Positions 37,924 to 49,076 of a stretch of 64,000 nucleotides of DNA are shown here, in pieces; within the stretch, counting starts at the first letter, position 1, and every line of letters starts with the position of its first letter. Both the position numbers and the translations under genes were made by a program. The stretch comes from Podarcis tiliguerta (lineage: Eukaryota). Below the pieces are notes generated by a model. That model did no database searches and was not told where the DNA came from. It saw nothing but the letters and a program-made list of their open reading frames with translations. Location: NCBI GenBank assembly GCA_965153285.1, contig OZ229112.1; one strand, 5' to 3'.

Positions 37924-38998
37924 GCTGTTGGACGTCTTTAAATATTGTGCTCTAGGCTCTACTGTCCTTATATTTTGGGTAGAAATCTCAGTCTTTATAC
38001 TCATTAGCCTCTTCTTCAGGTCTTGTAATTCTAGGCTTACAAAATTCTTTTCTTCCTTCGGGCAATTAGTATTTCTAGTGTTGAGCTTGGTTTCCTTTAT
38101 CCGCATTAGCTTTGACTCTATGCAAGGGACCAATTGCCTCCTAGTTTCGTCCTTAAATACCCTCACCGGGCGGAGAGAATGGAACCACCATAGGGTATCC
38201 TATGAGTGAGTCGAGATGGGAGGGTTGATGACCTAAAGGTCATAAATAGGCGCATGGTGTTTCTCAAGGTCGGCAGGAAGTGGAAATTTTCTAGATCTAC
38301 ATTTCGGTAATGGTAATTCAGGAGCTGAGACAAGGACATAGTAATTTGTCTGCGGTTCATCCACCTATGAGTGTATCGGTGAATCTTAAGCATTATCTGG
38401 TTCGTTTGCAAGACTTGACAGGACCTCACTTCATCCATAGTTTGAGTTGGTGAGTTGTTAACAGAGTCATTTCTTATCATCCTTTTAAGCCCTTGGGCAT
38501 TTAAAGGGGAGGAACTAGTATCCAATTGTTTCTCAATGTTAACTATTGTAGTGAGAACCAGAACCAGAACCATAGTTTCTGCAGACAACATGCAAATCTC
38601 TTGGTAGGGGTGCGTATCCCAAACTTGTTGAAAGCAGGCTCCTCTGATATCTTGTTCTAGAGGCATGGGTGGGTCAGCGTTAGGAGGGGGAGGAATCCCT
38701 CCTGCTCCTGCTCTTGCCCTCTTGGACGGATTAGCTTTTTCTGGGAGGAGGGGGGTCGGGTCATTGACATCCTCCTTAAGGGGGGGTGAGGTTCTCCCAA
38801 CGTTGTTACTCACTGTTTGTTCTATTTGCTCCGTTTTCTCGGTTTCCTCAACCCGCTCTGTTTCTGAGCCAGGGCAGATGGCGTTGGCTCTCTGCCGATT
38901 CTTTGTTTTAGAGGAATTGTGAGTCTCAATAATGGTCTTCTGGCTCTTTGCACCTTGTTTTCTCCTTCCGGCAGGCATCCTCAATAAGGAATATACAG
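37924..38998 (-). mobile_element. Antisense intronic insert with a nearly intact ORF (putative non-LTR retrotransposon ORF1-like), one frameshift
   Basis: ATG at 38978 opens 271 codons (MPAGRRKQ...) to a stop at 38163. A shift near 38200 continues as DTLWWFHSLRPVRVFKDE... to ~37924. No RT or endonuclease motifs are visible. (TAA)n lies on both flanks. The family assignment is inference. Confidence 0.55.
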
Positions 38999-39345
38999 CA
39001 GGGATGTCCAACTGGTTGACCACGATTGACTGGTAGATCCCTGGGAGGTGTTGGTCGATTGTGGTTGATTTTTCCTTTGCGTGGGAAAAAGAGGATCCAG
39101 CCCCACCCCCTTGGCCCATCCTCCATTTGCGCATGATCACTAGAAGACGTAGTTTTCACTGTGAGGCCATTTGTTTCCTGATCAACAACTTTGACATGAA
39201 CCCCCCAAAAAGGTCAACAACTTTGACCTTCCTCCCTAAAAAATGCTCAACAATTTTGACCTGAACCCCCCTCCAAAAGGGTAGATCACTGCTAGTTTTT
39301 TATTCTGTGAGTAGATCACAGTCTCTTGGGAGCTGGATGTCCCTG
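38999..39345. mobile_element. Non-autonomous hAT element (347 bp)
   Basis: TIRs CAGGGATGTCCAAC / GCTGGATGTCCCTG; 8-bp TSD ATATACAG (38991-38998) / ATATACAT (39346-39353); three internal ~32-bp TCAACAA(C/T)TTTGAC repeats. Confidence 0.9.
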
Positions 39346-39964
39346 ATATACATGTACTAAATAATAATAATATACCTTTTACCAGTTTTAAAGCCAGCAA
39401 AACCCCACCTTTTTATTTTAAAATATACAGTGCAGATGGGGTATAGCTATAGCAGAGAGGGGTTTTTTTTGTAATGGTCTCAGTGCAGCTTCTACAAATG
39501 TGGTTTGTTTTTGGTTTTTTTAATTTATTTACTTTTTGCTGAAAAAAACGGGCATGCTTCATTTTTGCCTGGAAGATTTTTTTTGTTTGCATCAGCACAA
39601 AATCTGTGGAACTCACTTCTACCAACTGTGGTGCTCAGTAAATTTGTACAACAAATACGTTAGCAACTTTTAAAATGTCAGTCAAACTTCTTTTTCAGTC
39701 AGAGATAAAGCAAATAGCTGAAGCTTGACACTTCATCTGGGTCACTGATGTTATTTTTTTTGAAATAGTCCCCCCCCCCAATAATAATAAACAGATGTTT
39801 TGTGACTAATATTAGGGCATTCTTAAGCAGTCTTACTTTGATTAACTTTGTGTGGGTGGGCATTTCTATTCCCATAATCCCACTATTAACTCCAACCATG
39901 CTCTCTGGGAGCATCAGAGTGCACAACCTCAGGGCCAGTGTTCTATCCTTACACAGAGCTGATA

Positions 39965-40016
39965 CATAGAACCACAGAATTGTGGAGTTGTAAGGGACCA
40001 CAGGGACCATCTGGTC
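39965..40016 (-). mobile_element. CR1 or CR1-SINE 3' tail, cut off by a hAT insertion
   Basis: CATAGAACCACAGAATTGTGGAGTTGTAAGGGACC..CATCTGGTC. Confidence 0.7.
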
Positions 40017-40232
40017 CAGGGGTCAGCAGACTTTTTCAGCAGGGGGCCGGTCCACTGTCCCTCAAACCTTTTGGGGGGGCCTGACTATCTTTTTTTTTGG
40101 GGGGGGGGGAATGAACAAATACCTATGCCCCACAATAACCCAGAGATGCATTTTAAATAAAAGCACACATTCTACTCATGTAAAAACACACTGATTCCTG
40201 GGCCGTCTGCGGGCCGGCTTTAGGAGGTGATT
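40017..40232 (+). mobile_element. hAT MITE, right end missing
   Basis: Starts CAGGGGTCAGCAGACTTTTTCAGCAGGGGGCCGGTCCACTGTCCCTCA, a Charlie-type hAT terminus. No matching right TIR is found. Confidence 0.75.
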
Positions 40233-43200
40233 ACTAATAAGCAGTTGTAAGAGATTTAAATAAGACCATAGTATTTTGAATGAGTTTGTACACACACACA
40301 CCCCCCCCCCCACATAACACACACGGGGGGGGGGGGAGTGTCCAAATGCTCTATACTTCCCCCATGTGAAAAAGAAATGCAGAAAATAAGTAATAACAAG
40401 TGTTTAATCTTATGAGTCACTGCAGGGATAATCATGAAAAAGCCCATATCCATTCTGTGATGCTTTGTAGAGTTAGGTACCATAAGTAAAATTTCCCCAG
40501 ATTATCTAGTTGATTTTATAGGTCTATAACAGCAAAGTGACTCATGGCAAATTTTATTATAGCTTATTTAGACTTTTGTTGGGTACAATCCCCTTTAGAT
40601 ACATGAATTGTTATCTTCAGTTGCAGGCCTATATTCAGGAAAAGTTTTCCTGCTTGATTCTGTTTGAAAAAGAAAGACTTGACACTAGATTACGGAAGAA
40701 TAACACTGGAGATCTTTGAGGGACAGGCATCCTGCCTTGAACTCTTTGGATGAAGGGCAGAACAAAAACGCACTAAATAATATATAACGGTACCATATAT
40801 AAATAATACATCTGATGAATTATGCCATTGCCTGTGGGTGTTCATACCAGAAAAAGGTAAGAAAGACATGACCAAGCACTTAAGAGTGCAATCTTATGTG
40901 TGCACACTCAAAAGTAAGTCCGACTGAGTTTAATGGGGCTTACTCCCAGGTAAGTGGGTAAGCCACCAATATATACTAAATACTAAAAGGTAATGATAGG
41001 AAAACTTGGAGCAAAAAACCCAATATTCTTAGGTAGTGACACTGAGTTTTAGGTGGCAGAGAGCCCATATGAGTGATTCTTTTAAGCCACACATTCTACC
41101 ACAATTTTACTCATTTAATTTATTCAGCCTTTTTGGCATAATTTAGAAAATAAGATCATAAAAGAGGGGGAAAACGCATCCATAAAACATTGCTATCGTC
41201 CACTACAGGATGATAAGAGACACCTAAGCTGCTCCTGGATAAGAGAACTCACACTGAGTTAATATTATTTATGAAATGTCTATTCTGGCCATCATCCAAT
41301 GATTACCAGGCGGTTTACAATATAATTGTCTTCTGTGTCAGCTCACACAGGAAAAAGCTGATTTCCCATGTTGGGCATAAGATTACCAGGGGTGGTTGTC
41401 TCTCTAATTTTATGTTAAGCCACACCCCCTCCATGGTGGTCTCAAAATAAAAAATGTAACCACTAGACCAAAATGGTTGGCAGCCCCTAAAGAAATCCAG
41501 CAGATATGGTACACAAAGCAACACCTGCTACAGGTGTTTTCTTTTCATGAAGATGCTTTTCTGTGCCTTCAAAAGCTGCCTGTCAGTAATTCAGGCACTT
41601 TATAGTTTGTCATTATTTAGACTTGTTCCCATGGGGCATTCTAGCCCCCGTTTTCACAGAGAGCAGCAACCTGGACCTGGTTGTTGTGCTGATGCTTTAA
41701 AAAAGAAAGGGAGGAACAAACTCCTCACCTCCCTCATCTAAATGTAAACACAGTGCATCTGAAACTACCTCCCCCAGATTAATACAGTCTTCTAATTTCC
41801 AAGTAATTAGACTAATAAATTAATAGCAGGTCAAAGATTAATTAGATAATATACATGTGCATTAAACAACCATGTAAATATAGGCATTTGATAACTATTT
41901 TCAACTCTTCACCTCCGTTTATCAAGTTAGCTGTAAATGTTGTTCTCTAAACATAAATACAGCATAGTCTACAGTCATCCATACTCTGCTGGCATGTTGC
42001 ATTTGCAGATTTGTCCATCTGAATAGGGCTGTGGAAAGAAGGGAATCTGCACTTGAGAGACGACAAGGAAAACTGGAGGGCTGGATCTGCAGCCTGTTCC
42101 TGATCGCCAAATGAATAGGCCAGGACGACTACACCCTGCATTGGGAAGTGGCCCGAGAGATCATTAAATTTGAACTGTTCACAAATTATTTACAGAGTAC
42201 CCAAGAGAATCTCCCTGCACAACCACATGATAGTTAACTTGAGGGCTGATTTTGTGAAGTGCAGGAGAGATCCATTTCAACGTTTTAAAGTTTGCAGGAT
42301 GTGAGGAATGCAGGAAGAAGCCTTACATTGATCTATACAAGGCTTCCTAACCTACCCTTTAGCCTCTCCAGGGGAGGACTTCAGTATTTCACATTTCAGT
42401 GGCACTGGTCGTGCTGCCTTAACCTACCTCTGAGCCTCTCCCAGCCAATGCTATTTGGCCAGCCATGCAGCTTACTATTGATAACAACTGTGGTGTTTAA
42501 GGCAATCATGAAAATTTCTGTTTTGCATACATTTTAGTTCTTTGAAGATCCATGTCATCTTTTCCTTGCAATACATCCCCTTTAGAGATAAACGTCCTTC
42601 ACAAGTCTCTTGGGGGAATCAGATCCACACTGTTCTGTCCGTCTACTGTACTCGCCTCTCCACACATAGAAGTAAGAATGCTGACGGTTACATATTTTAA
42701 AAGTTGCATATCACACTATCACTTTTCCACACACCCCACCCCCAAATCTTTCATTTCTTCTAATCTCACATTTTAAGTTTTCTGTCTCTCTCTGCTTTAG
42801 AGTTTGGAGCACTTTTTAATGCTGTACTGGTCAAAATGCTTAAGAGTTCAGGCATCCTTTTTTTTCAAAAAAGCTGTCAACATAAGCTTCCACATCTCAA
42901 CAGCAAAGGCTTGCCATTTTGTAAGGGTTGGGCTGGATCCAGAAATGTGCAAGCGGAAGAAATTCTGGTGCTGAAGCTGTTCTGCAAACCTTTGCCCAAG
43001 AGATAGTGAAAGGCATTGTTCAGCGCAAATGGTGGAAGCTTGTACCGCTGAGTAGGCTTGTGCAAGAGATACACAATGCCTGCTAGATTTCATTTCCCTT
43101 TTTATTGTGTAAGTATCTTTTCTTTGTTGGAAAAAGGGTATTCTGTTCAGAGACGAGAACTTCTGGATCTAACCCCCTTTGTTTATTTTATATTTATTTT

Positions 43201-45217
43201 ATTATTTGAAGGCTATGCATGTTGTTTGTTTGTTTGAAGTGACAAATGCCAGGTTTCCCCTTGATGCCCCCTTCTTGTTGTCATCAAGTTTGAGACAGGA
43301 TGAAGCGCTACTAGCACTTGAGTATGCTTGCATGAAGCAAGCACTAAGAAATTATTATTTTTTTTTAAAGTATTTTGAAGGATCTCCAAGACCAGTAATG
43401 GGTTGGCCTTATACTCTTCACATATCATAGTTTAAAGGCATATGTACCTAATTTATATTAATAACAAACCCCCAAATTCATTGTATGATTTGTTTTGATC
43501 CGGCTTTAATAAACTTTCCCTCCTATTTTAATAGGTGCATTTATACACATTGCTAGTGATTTGCAATTATGATAGTCCCAACAGCAAACAAAACAAAATT
43601 AATGTCAGCAGCATCCTCCAAAGTCTAAACTCTGTTCTAATGAACTCTCTGGTACTTGCAAATAAATTTCTGTCTGCAAATACAATAACTTGGAAATTAC
43701 TGTAAAAATCTAAATGCACAGGTGTGGGGGGGAATTGAAATGCAGGGTGGGATTTGCTTTTCATGATCCCATTAACTATGGTTCTGGCAAAGCATATGCA
43801 TACAGAGTAGTACTTTGCTGAACGTTTGTTAAAACATAAGAGTGTCTTATTAGCGTTTTCAATAAACATACGATCTCACACACTCTTGTGCTTCAAAGGT
43901 GGAGAAAGGGGTATTTATTCTGAGTAGACTAACAAATCATACTCACTGCAGCTTTATCACTGAATACTTAGGCTTCATGAAAAATTGAATAATGTTTAAA
44001 AAACACTTTCCCAACTGTCTGCTACTGAATGATTTAAATAGCAACCCCTTGTGTTATAGAAATAAACATATTTAAGTAAAGTCACTTCTATAAATTTTTT
44101 AATGGTTAATTGAAACATTATGTACAACACTCTGCCTGTATTATAAATGAGTGAGGTTATTTTTGCTTTTTGTTTTTAAATGTGTGGCAGTTTAAGTCAC
44201 CAGAAAACTATTTGTTTTCTAGCATTTCTGCACTACATGAAATATTGATACATTTTGCTTCAAGAATGGCTATAAATTATAGCAGTCAGGGAATTAATTT
44301 TGATCACCTGTATAATCTGTCACGAACATTTCTGGATGAATGCTACATTGATTCCAAATTCAGTCTCACATATTTTAAATCTGCTCTTTTAAAAGTTTAC
44401 TTAGGTTTAAAAAGGGTTTATTTCTGCTTCCGTTCACATTATAAGGATTTTGTGTCATAAAAAGCAGATTTTGGGTAGAATCCAATTGACATGCCTAGTG
44501 CTGTTGCTAGGAAGCAGAATTGGAAAAAATGGCGTCACTTCCTCTATTAGAAGATACCTTCTACTGGATCAAAAGCCCCTGGCACTTTACGCAAGGACAC
44601 CAATGGTACAGAGCTTTTTTAAAAAAATAAATGTTACTTTGTTCTTGTAGTGATGAAAGCTCCAGCACCAATTGGCTGAGCTCCTGTGATGACATGGCAT
44701 GTTTGTGAACATTCTAGCTTCTCAAGAAACAAAGCTGTAAAAAGTGCTTTCTCATCAATTGAATTAAAATACAAACCATTGGAATAATACAAAATGCAGT
44801 TAACAACAGCATAATAAAAATACAGAGTGATAACCAGCTGAAGTGTCCATCTTAGCAGAGTCTATCTATAACAGTATTTCTGAGACGCTTCCATCTCTAT
44901 ATTTTGGAAGACTGAATTATGAACCAAGATTTGCTGAGCCAGCACTAAATCATATGCAGGACTTCCCAGCTCATCATTAGCAACACTTACTGTTTTCTAC
45001 CCTGATTTTTCTTTATTCTCCATTGAGTCCACTGTCATGTTGTATAGATTTTTAAAAAACTTTCTGTCAAAATGAGAGGTGGTACTATTCCATTTGCATC
45101 TTCCAAATGTATGTCCATATTGCTTTAGGACCCTGTAGAGTATTGCCTTCCTGTATTACTATTAATACAGGAAGACAATACTCTACAGGACCCACACAAT
45201 CTTTTTCTCCCATGCCT

Positions 45218-45367
45218 TAGAATTATAGAATCGTAGAGTTGGAAGGGAGCTCGAGGGTCATCTAGTCCAACCCTCTGCAATGCAGGAATCTCAACTAAAG
45301 CACCCATGACAGGCGGCCAGCCAACCTCTGCTGAAAAACCTCCAAGGAAGGAGAGTCCACAACCTCC
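45218..45367 (-). mobile_element. CR1 LINE 3' end
   Basis: TAGAATTATAGAATCGTAGAGTTGGAAGGG..TCTAGTCCAACC..AACCTCCAAGGAAGGAGAGTCCACAACC is the reverse complement of ESPSLEVF plus the 3' UTR. Confidence 0.88.
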
Positions 45368-45369
45368 TT

Positions 45370-45787
45370 AGGGGGCTAGGGAGCATTGGGCCTGGAGGCG
45401 GAATGTAGCCTTTCTGGCTCACGAAATTCTCCACAAGCCACACCTCCTCCGTTTCCTTCTAAGGCCACACCCCTCTCTCCAGGCCACACCCCTTCCTGGC
45501 TCTGACCTGACTATTTTTGCATGGTTGCTATGTGTCCTTGAACTATGTTAATGCTCCTTGCTTGCCTAGAGGACATTTAAAGAGGTGCGTGTAGAAACGT
45601 CTGATTTTTGTACAGCTGGAATGTAGCCTACCATGCAAAGGGTAAGAAGCACAACCTTTGCTCCACAACCATTTTGGCTCAGGCCCCACCCACTTTTGCC
45701 TCTCCCCGCCTCCACTGGCATGTGGCCCCCAGAACGTTGCCCTTGAGGGAATGCTGCCCTTGGGCTGTAAAGGTTTTTCCACTCCTA
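45370..45787. mobile_element. hAT-type element related to 14496-14840
   Basis: Shares the GGCCACACC repeats and CCACTGGCAT.TGGCCCC..GTTGCC..GGGAATG..GCCCTTG.GCTGTAAA. Confidence 0.65.
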
Positions 45788-48700
45788 ACTGCCCTGAGAT
45801 CGACAGGTGTAGGGCGGTATACAAATGTAATAAATAATAATAAATAATACCTTACCCTGACAAATACCTGTCATAAAATTTGCACTGCAGCAAAGGGAAG
45901 GGAAGTTGCCAGTTTTGTTGGGCTTAAGATATTACACAGGATCCAGAGAAAGGAGTTAGCTGTATGAAGTGTAAGAAAGCCCAGAGACTTTGGTAGGTAG
46001 AGTAAGGACTGACAGAGAAAGAGGAATCCAAGGAAAGTGTACGTTAAGGAGAAGGAAGATTGAGGAAATGAGCAAAGGTGACCCAAGAACACAGGCAAAA
46101 ACACACTAAGGGGTATCTACTACCAGACTTCCACATATTGATTCGAATAAGCTGCAGGCTATCACCCCAGCTGGAGCCTCCCACCACTCCTGTACATCCA
46201 GCCCATGACATTGAATGGATTAGCTATTTTTATATATACTCTTGGCAATTAAAGGCAAATTCCCTATCTTGTTTACTGGCAGATCTATGGAGCGCATCGC
46301 AAATTACTGTATCTGGAAATTCAGCACAAGTAATTTGCTTCTGTTCTTCTCAGCTCCCTGTCCCCCCCCCCCAAATAATATTAATCCATGTTTTGTTGCT
46401 TTGATGTTTACTTATTTATAATTTTTTTTATCTTGTCTTAAACAATTTGCTGAAGGCAGCTCATAGTCCAAACATAAAACATCAATAAAGCCACAGTAAA
46501 AATGAGAGTTAAAATTACAATGACATTTACAACAACCATAAAATACCAATTTAAAACAGTAGAACCACAACGCAATACAATGAAAAATGCTTGTTAGAAC
46601 AAATGAGTCTTACTTGCCTCCACCCGAAAAGCAGGCGAAGAGTCGCAAGTACATCAACAGGGTGACAGTTCCTAAACCTTGGGACAATAAAGTAGAAGAC
46701 CACATTCTTGCCTCTCAAATTTGACAAGACATAGGACATTTGTAATTGGATTTCCTAACATTTTCATTTTTGCCTAAACGCATCCAGGGGATAATCCCAA
46801 ATGAGAGCAAGCAGAGGCAGTAAAGGGAATGGGAGGTTAGCCTTACCCTGATACTACTTTCCCCATTTAAATTGCCCCATGAAGTGTATGTGTTCTGCTG
46901 CAGGACTAATAGCAGCATCAGATTACATGGGAACACGATATGGTGGTTAGCTCCACCCCTTTCCACACTGTTTTCATAAAACATGGAGTCCCCCATGGAT
47001 GTTTTCCAGTAAAAATTAAGGTGTCATGAAATCCAAAGAAGGATCTCCGCCATCTTGGCTGGCCTGTCTTCTTTGTCATGTTCTGTGAACAGACACCCTT
47101 TCTCACTAGATCTTTTAAGAATGGCGCCAGGACAGAACTACAGTTAGGCACTTGCACATGGAGCTGCCCTTGGAGATGGTCTGGAAGCTGAAGGTAAATC
47201 AGAATGTACCTTGTTGGTTTGACTAGGCTTCCAGCCCAATTCAAGGTGTTAGTACTAGCTTACTAAGCCCTAAACACCTTGGGAGCCAAGTACCTCAAAA
47301 AGTACCTCCCTCAGTATAAAGAATCTCAGGCCCTATGATTGCCAGGGGAGGCCCAGTTGGTATGCCACTGCTGGGCACTGCCCACTTGGTTCTGACCCAT
47401 AGCTGGGCCTTCTCAGTATAGTTCTCCATTTTTTCCAATACATTTCTGCCACCCATGCCCCTAGAGGTACATATGTCATCCTCATGATTAACATTCAGGA
47501 GGAATTTTTAAACCTTCCAGGCATTTTGATGACTGTTTCTGGAAACTGTGAAATTATTAGCTATAACAATATGTGACTGCTAAGAATTTTTATTCATTCA
47601 TTTATTTCTTTAAAAAATTGTTTTGTTTTCCTCTTTTGTTGTTTACTGTCCTGGGCTCCTTTGGGAGAGAAGGTGGGATAAAAAATGATTAAATCATTGT
47701 TGCCATCATCTTGTTCTGCTCCATTTGCTATAAAGCTGGTGCAGAAGGTCTACTGTTAATGTAAATATGGATGTGTGGAAGAGGGGAGTGAAACCTAACC
47801 CTTCCCTTGTGTCATTTCACTGTTTTGGGGTACTTCTGAATAGTTTTCTCCCACCCAGCTCATTCCCCATATTGGAGCTGGGCTGAGTGAGAACATCTTA
47901 GAGCACCTGAGCAATAGCAAGAGCAGTAACAGGACAGGCCACCCCTGCCTGCTGGACCTCATGTGATTAACTGGTCTTGGATGTGTGGAATAGTAGAGAC
48001 CCAGCTGTAACAAGTGTATTGGTGACATGTCATTCCAAAGTTCTGGATGATCTCATTCAATGGCTATAAATTGCACAGTATACATGTCAGTGTTTACCCG
48101 CCTGTGGAACTATGAACAAATGTCTCCCAAGATGCCCAGCAAGCATGTGCCAAGTTTACCCTCTGGGGATTTTTGCCGGAAAGAAGGAAATAGAACCATT
48201 GAAGTCCTTTGAGGGCTATAGCTATTCTAAATAAGGCACCAGAACATTGCTATCAATAGTATCAAAAGTTGAGGAGCAATCATAGGTGATTCACATTTAT
48301 TCTAGGGTGCAGCTGGAGTAAGTGATTGAACACAATTAATCACTCATTAGTGAGCCTACCCAATACTTCTCTACCATCGTCATGTATGCCCAACACTGCA
48401 CAGTAGAGCTCTTCCCTGTGATTTGGGCCTTTTCCAACTTGGCCAGCATTGTGATGCAACAGAACTCTCCGTGATCTGCTATGATTAATTCACTAAGCAT
48501 TTTAAGGATAAAAATGCTAACATCCTCCTTGATCTGATGTTACCACTTCTGCAATCCGGCTTGCAGATACCTAGTCCTGGTTTGCTGGATAATTTATTTG
48601 GTTGTGGCTTAAGGATTTGGACAAGATTTTTGGAGGTGTGCATGCTCGCATACCACTTCCCTGTCTAATCGATTTGGATGAAGGAATTGAGGGGGCTCTC

Positions 48701-48983
48701 ATCAAAGTTCCATTTAGAAAATGTATCCAGCAGAACTAGCTATAATAATTTAATAAAAATTAATATATTCTCTAATACTTCTGCGTGCCCTACCTTCAGT
48801 CATTTCATTGCATAACCAGCAGTCTAGACATTCTACATCTGAATGAATGTGCACTTGATGTAAAATATGAGACAGATCCACCATTAGGTAGAATAAGCTT
48901 TGCAGTATTGTTGGATGTTACTCAGCTAAGCTGTTTACAATAATTTTTGCCCTTTTTCTATAGTTTGCATAATTTGCATATAG

Positions 48984-49076
48984 CTAATTAAGTTTGGTTT
49001 TCTTCCCTCTCTACTAGGATTGCTGCCTTTTCCTGTCTTTCCCCCCCACAAGCCTGCATAACTGACACCTGGGGTT
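48984..49076 (+). other. CNR1: Splice acceptor and 59-nt 5' UTR portion of the CNR1 coding exon (exon starts 49018)
   Basis: Branch-point-like CTAAT at 48984-48988, pyrimidine tract TTTTCTTCCCTCTCTAC, and AG at 49016-49017. The exon begins GATTGC.. and runs to GGTT-ATG, as I recall for the mammalian CNR1 coding exon. There is no ATG between the acceptor and the start codon. Confidence 0.85.

Noticed and set aside
38163-39140. The 325-aa ORF taken as a bona fide nested host gene starting at 39140
   Set aside because: The first ~47 codons come from a hAT MITE with TIRs and a TSD. The remainder has a frameshift and repeat-like flanks, so it is treated as a mobile element.
39182-39280. CRISPR-like array (three ~32-bp-period repeats); likewise 22911-23000
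   Set aside because: This is eukaryotic DNA, the spacers are similar to each other, there are no cas genes, and the first set lies inside a hAT MITE.
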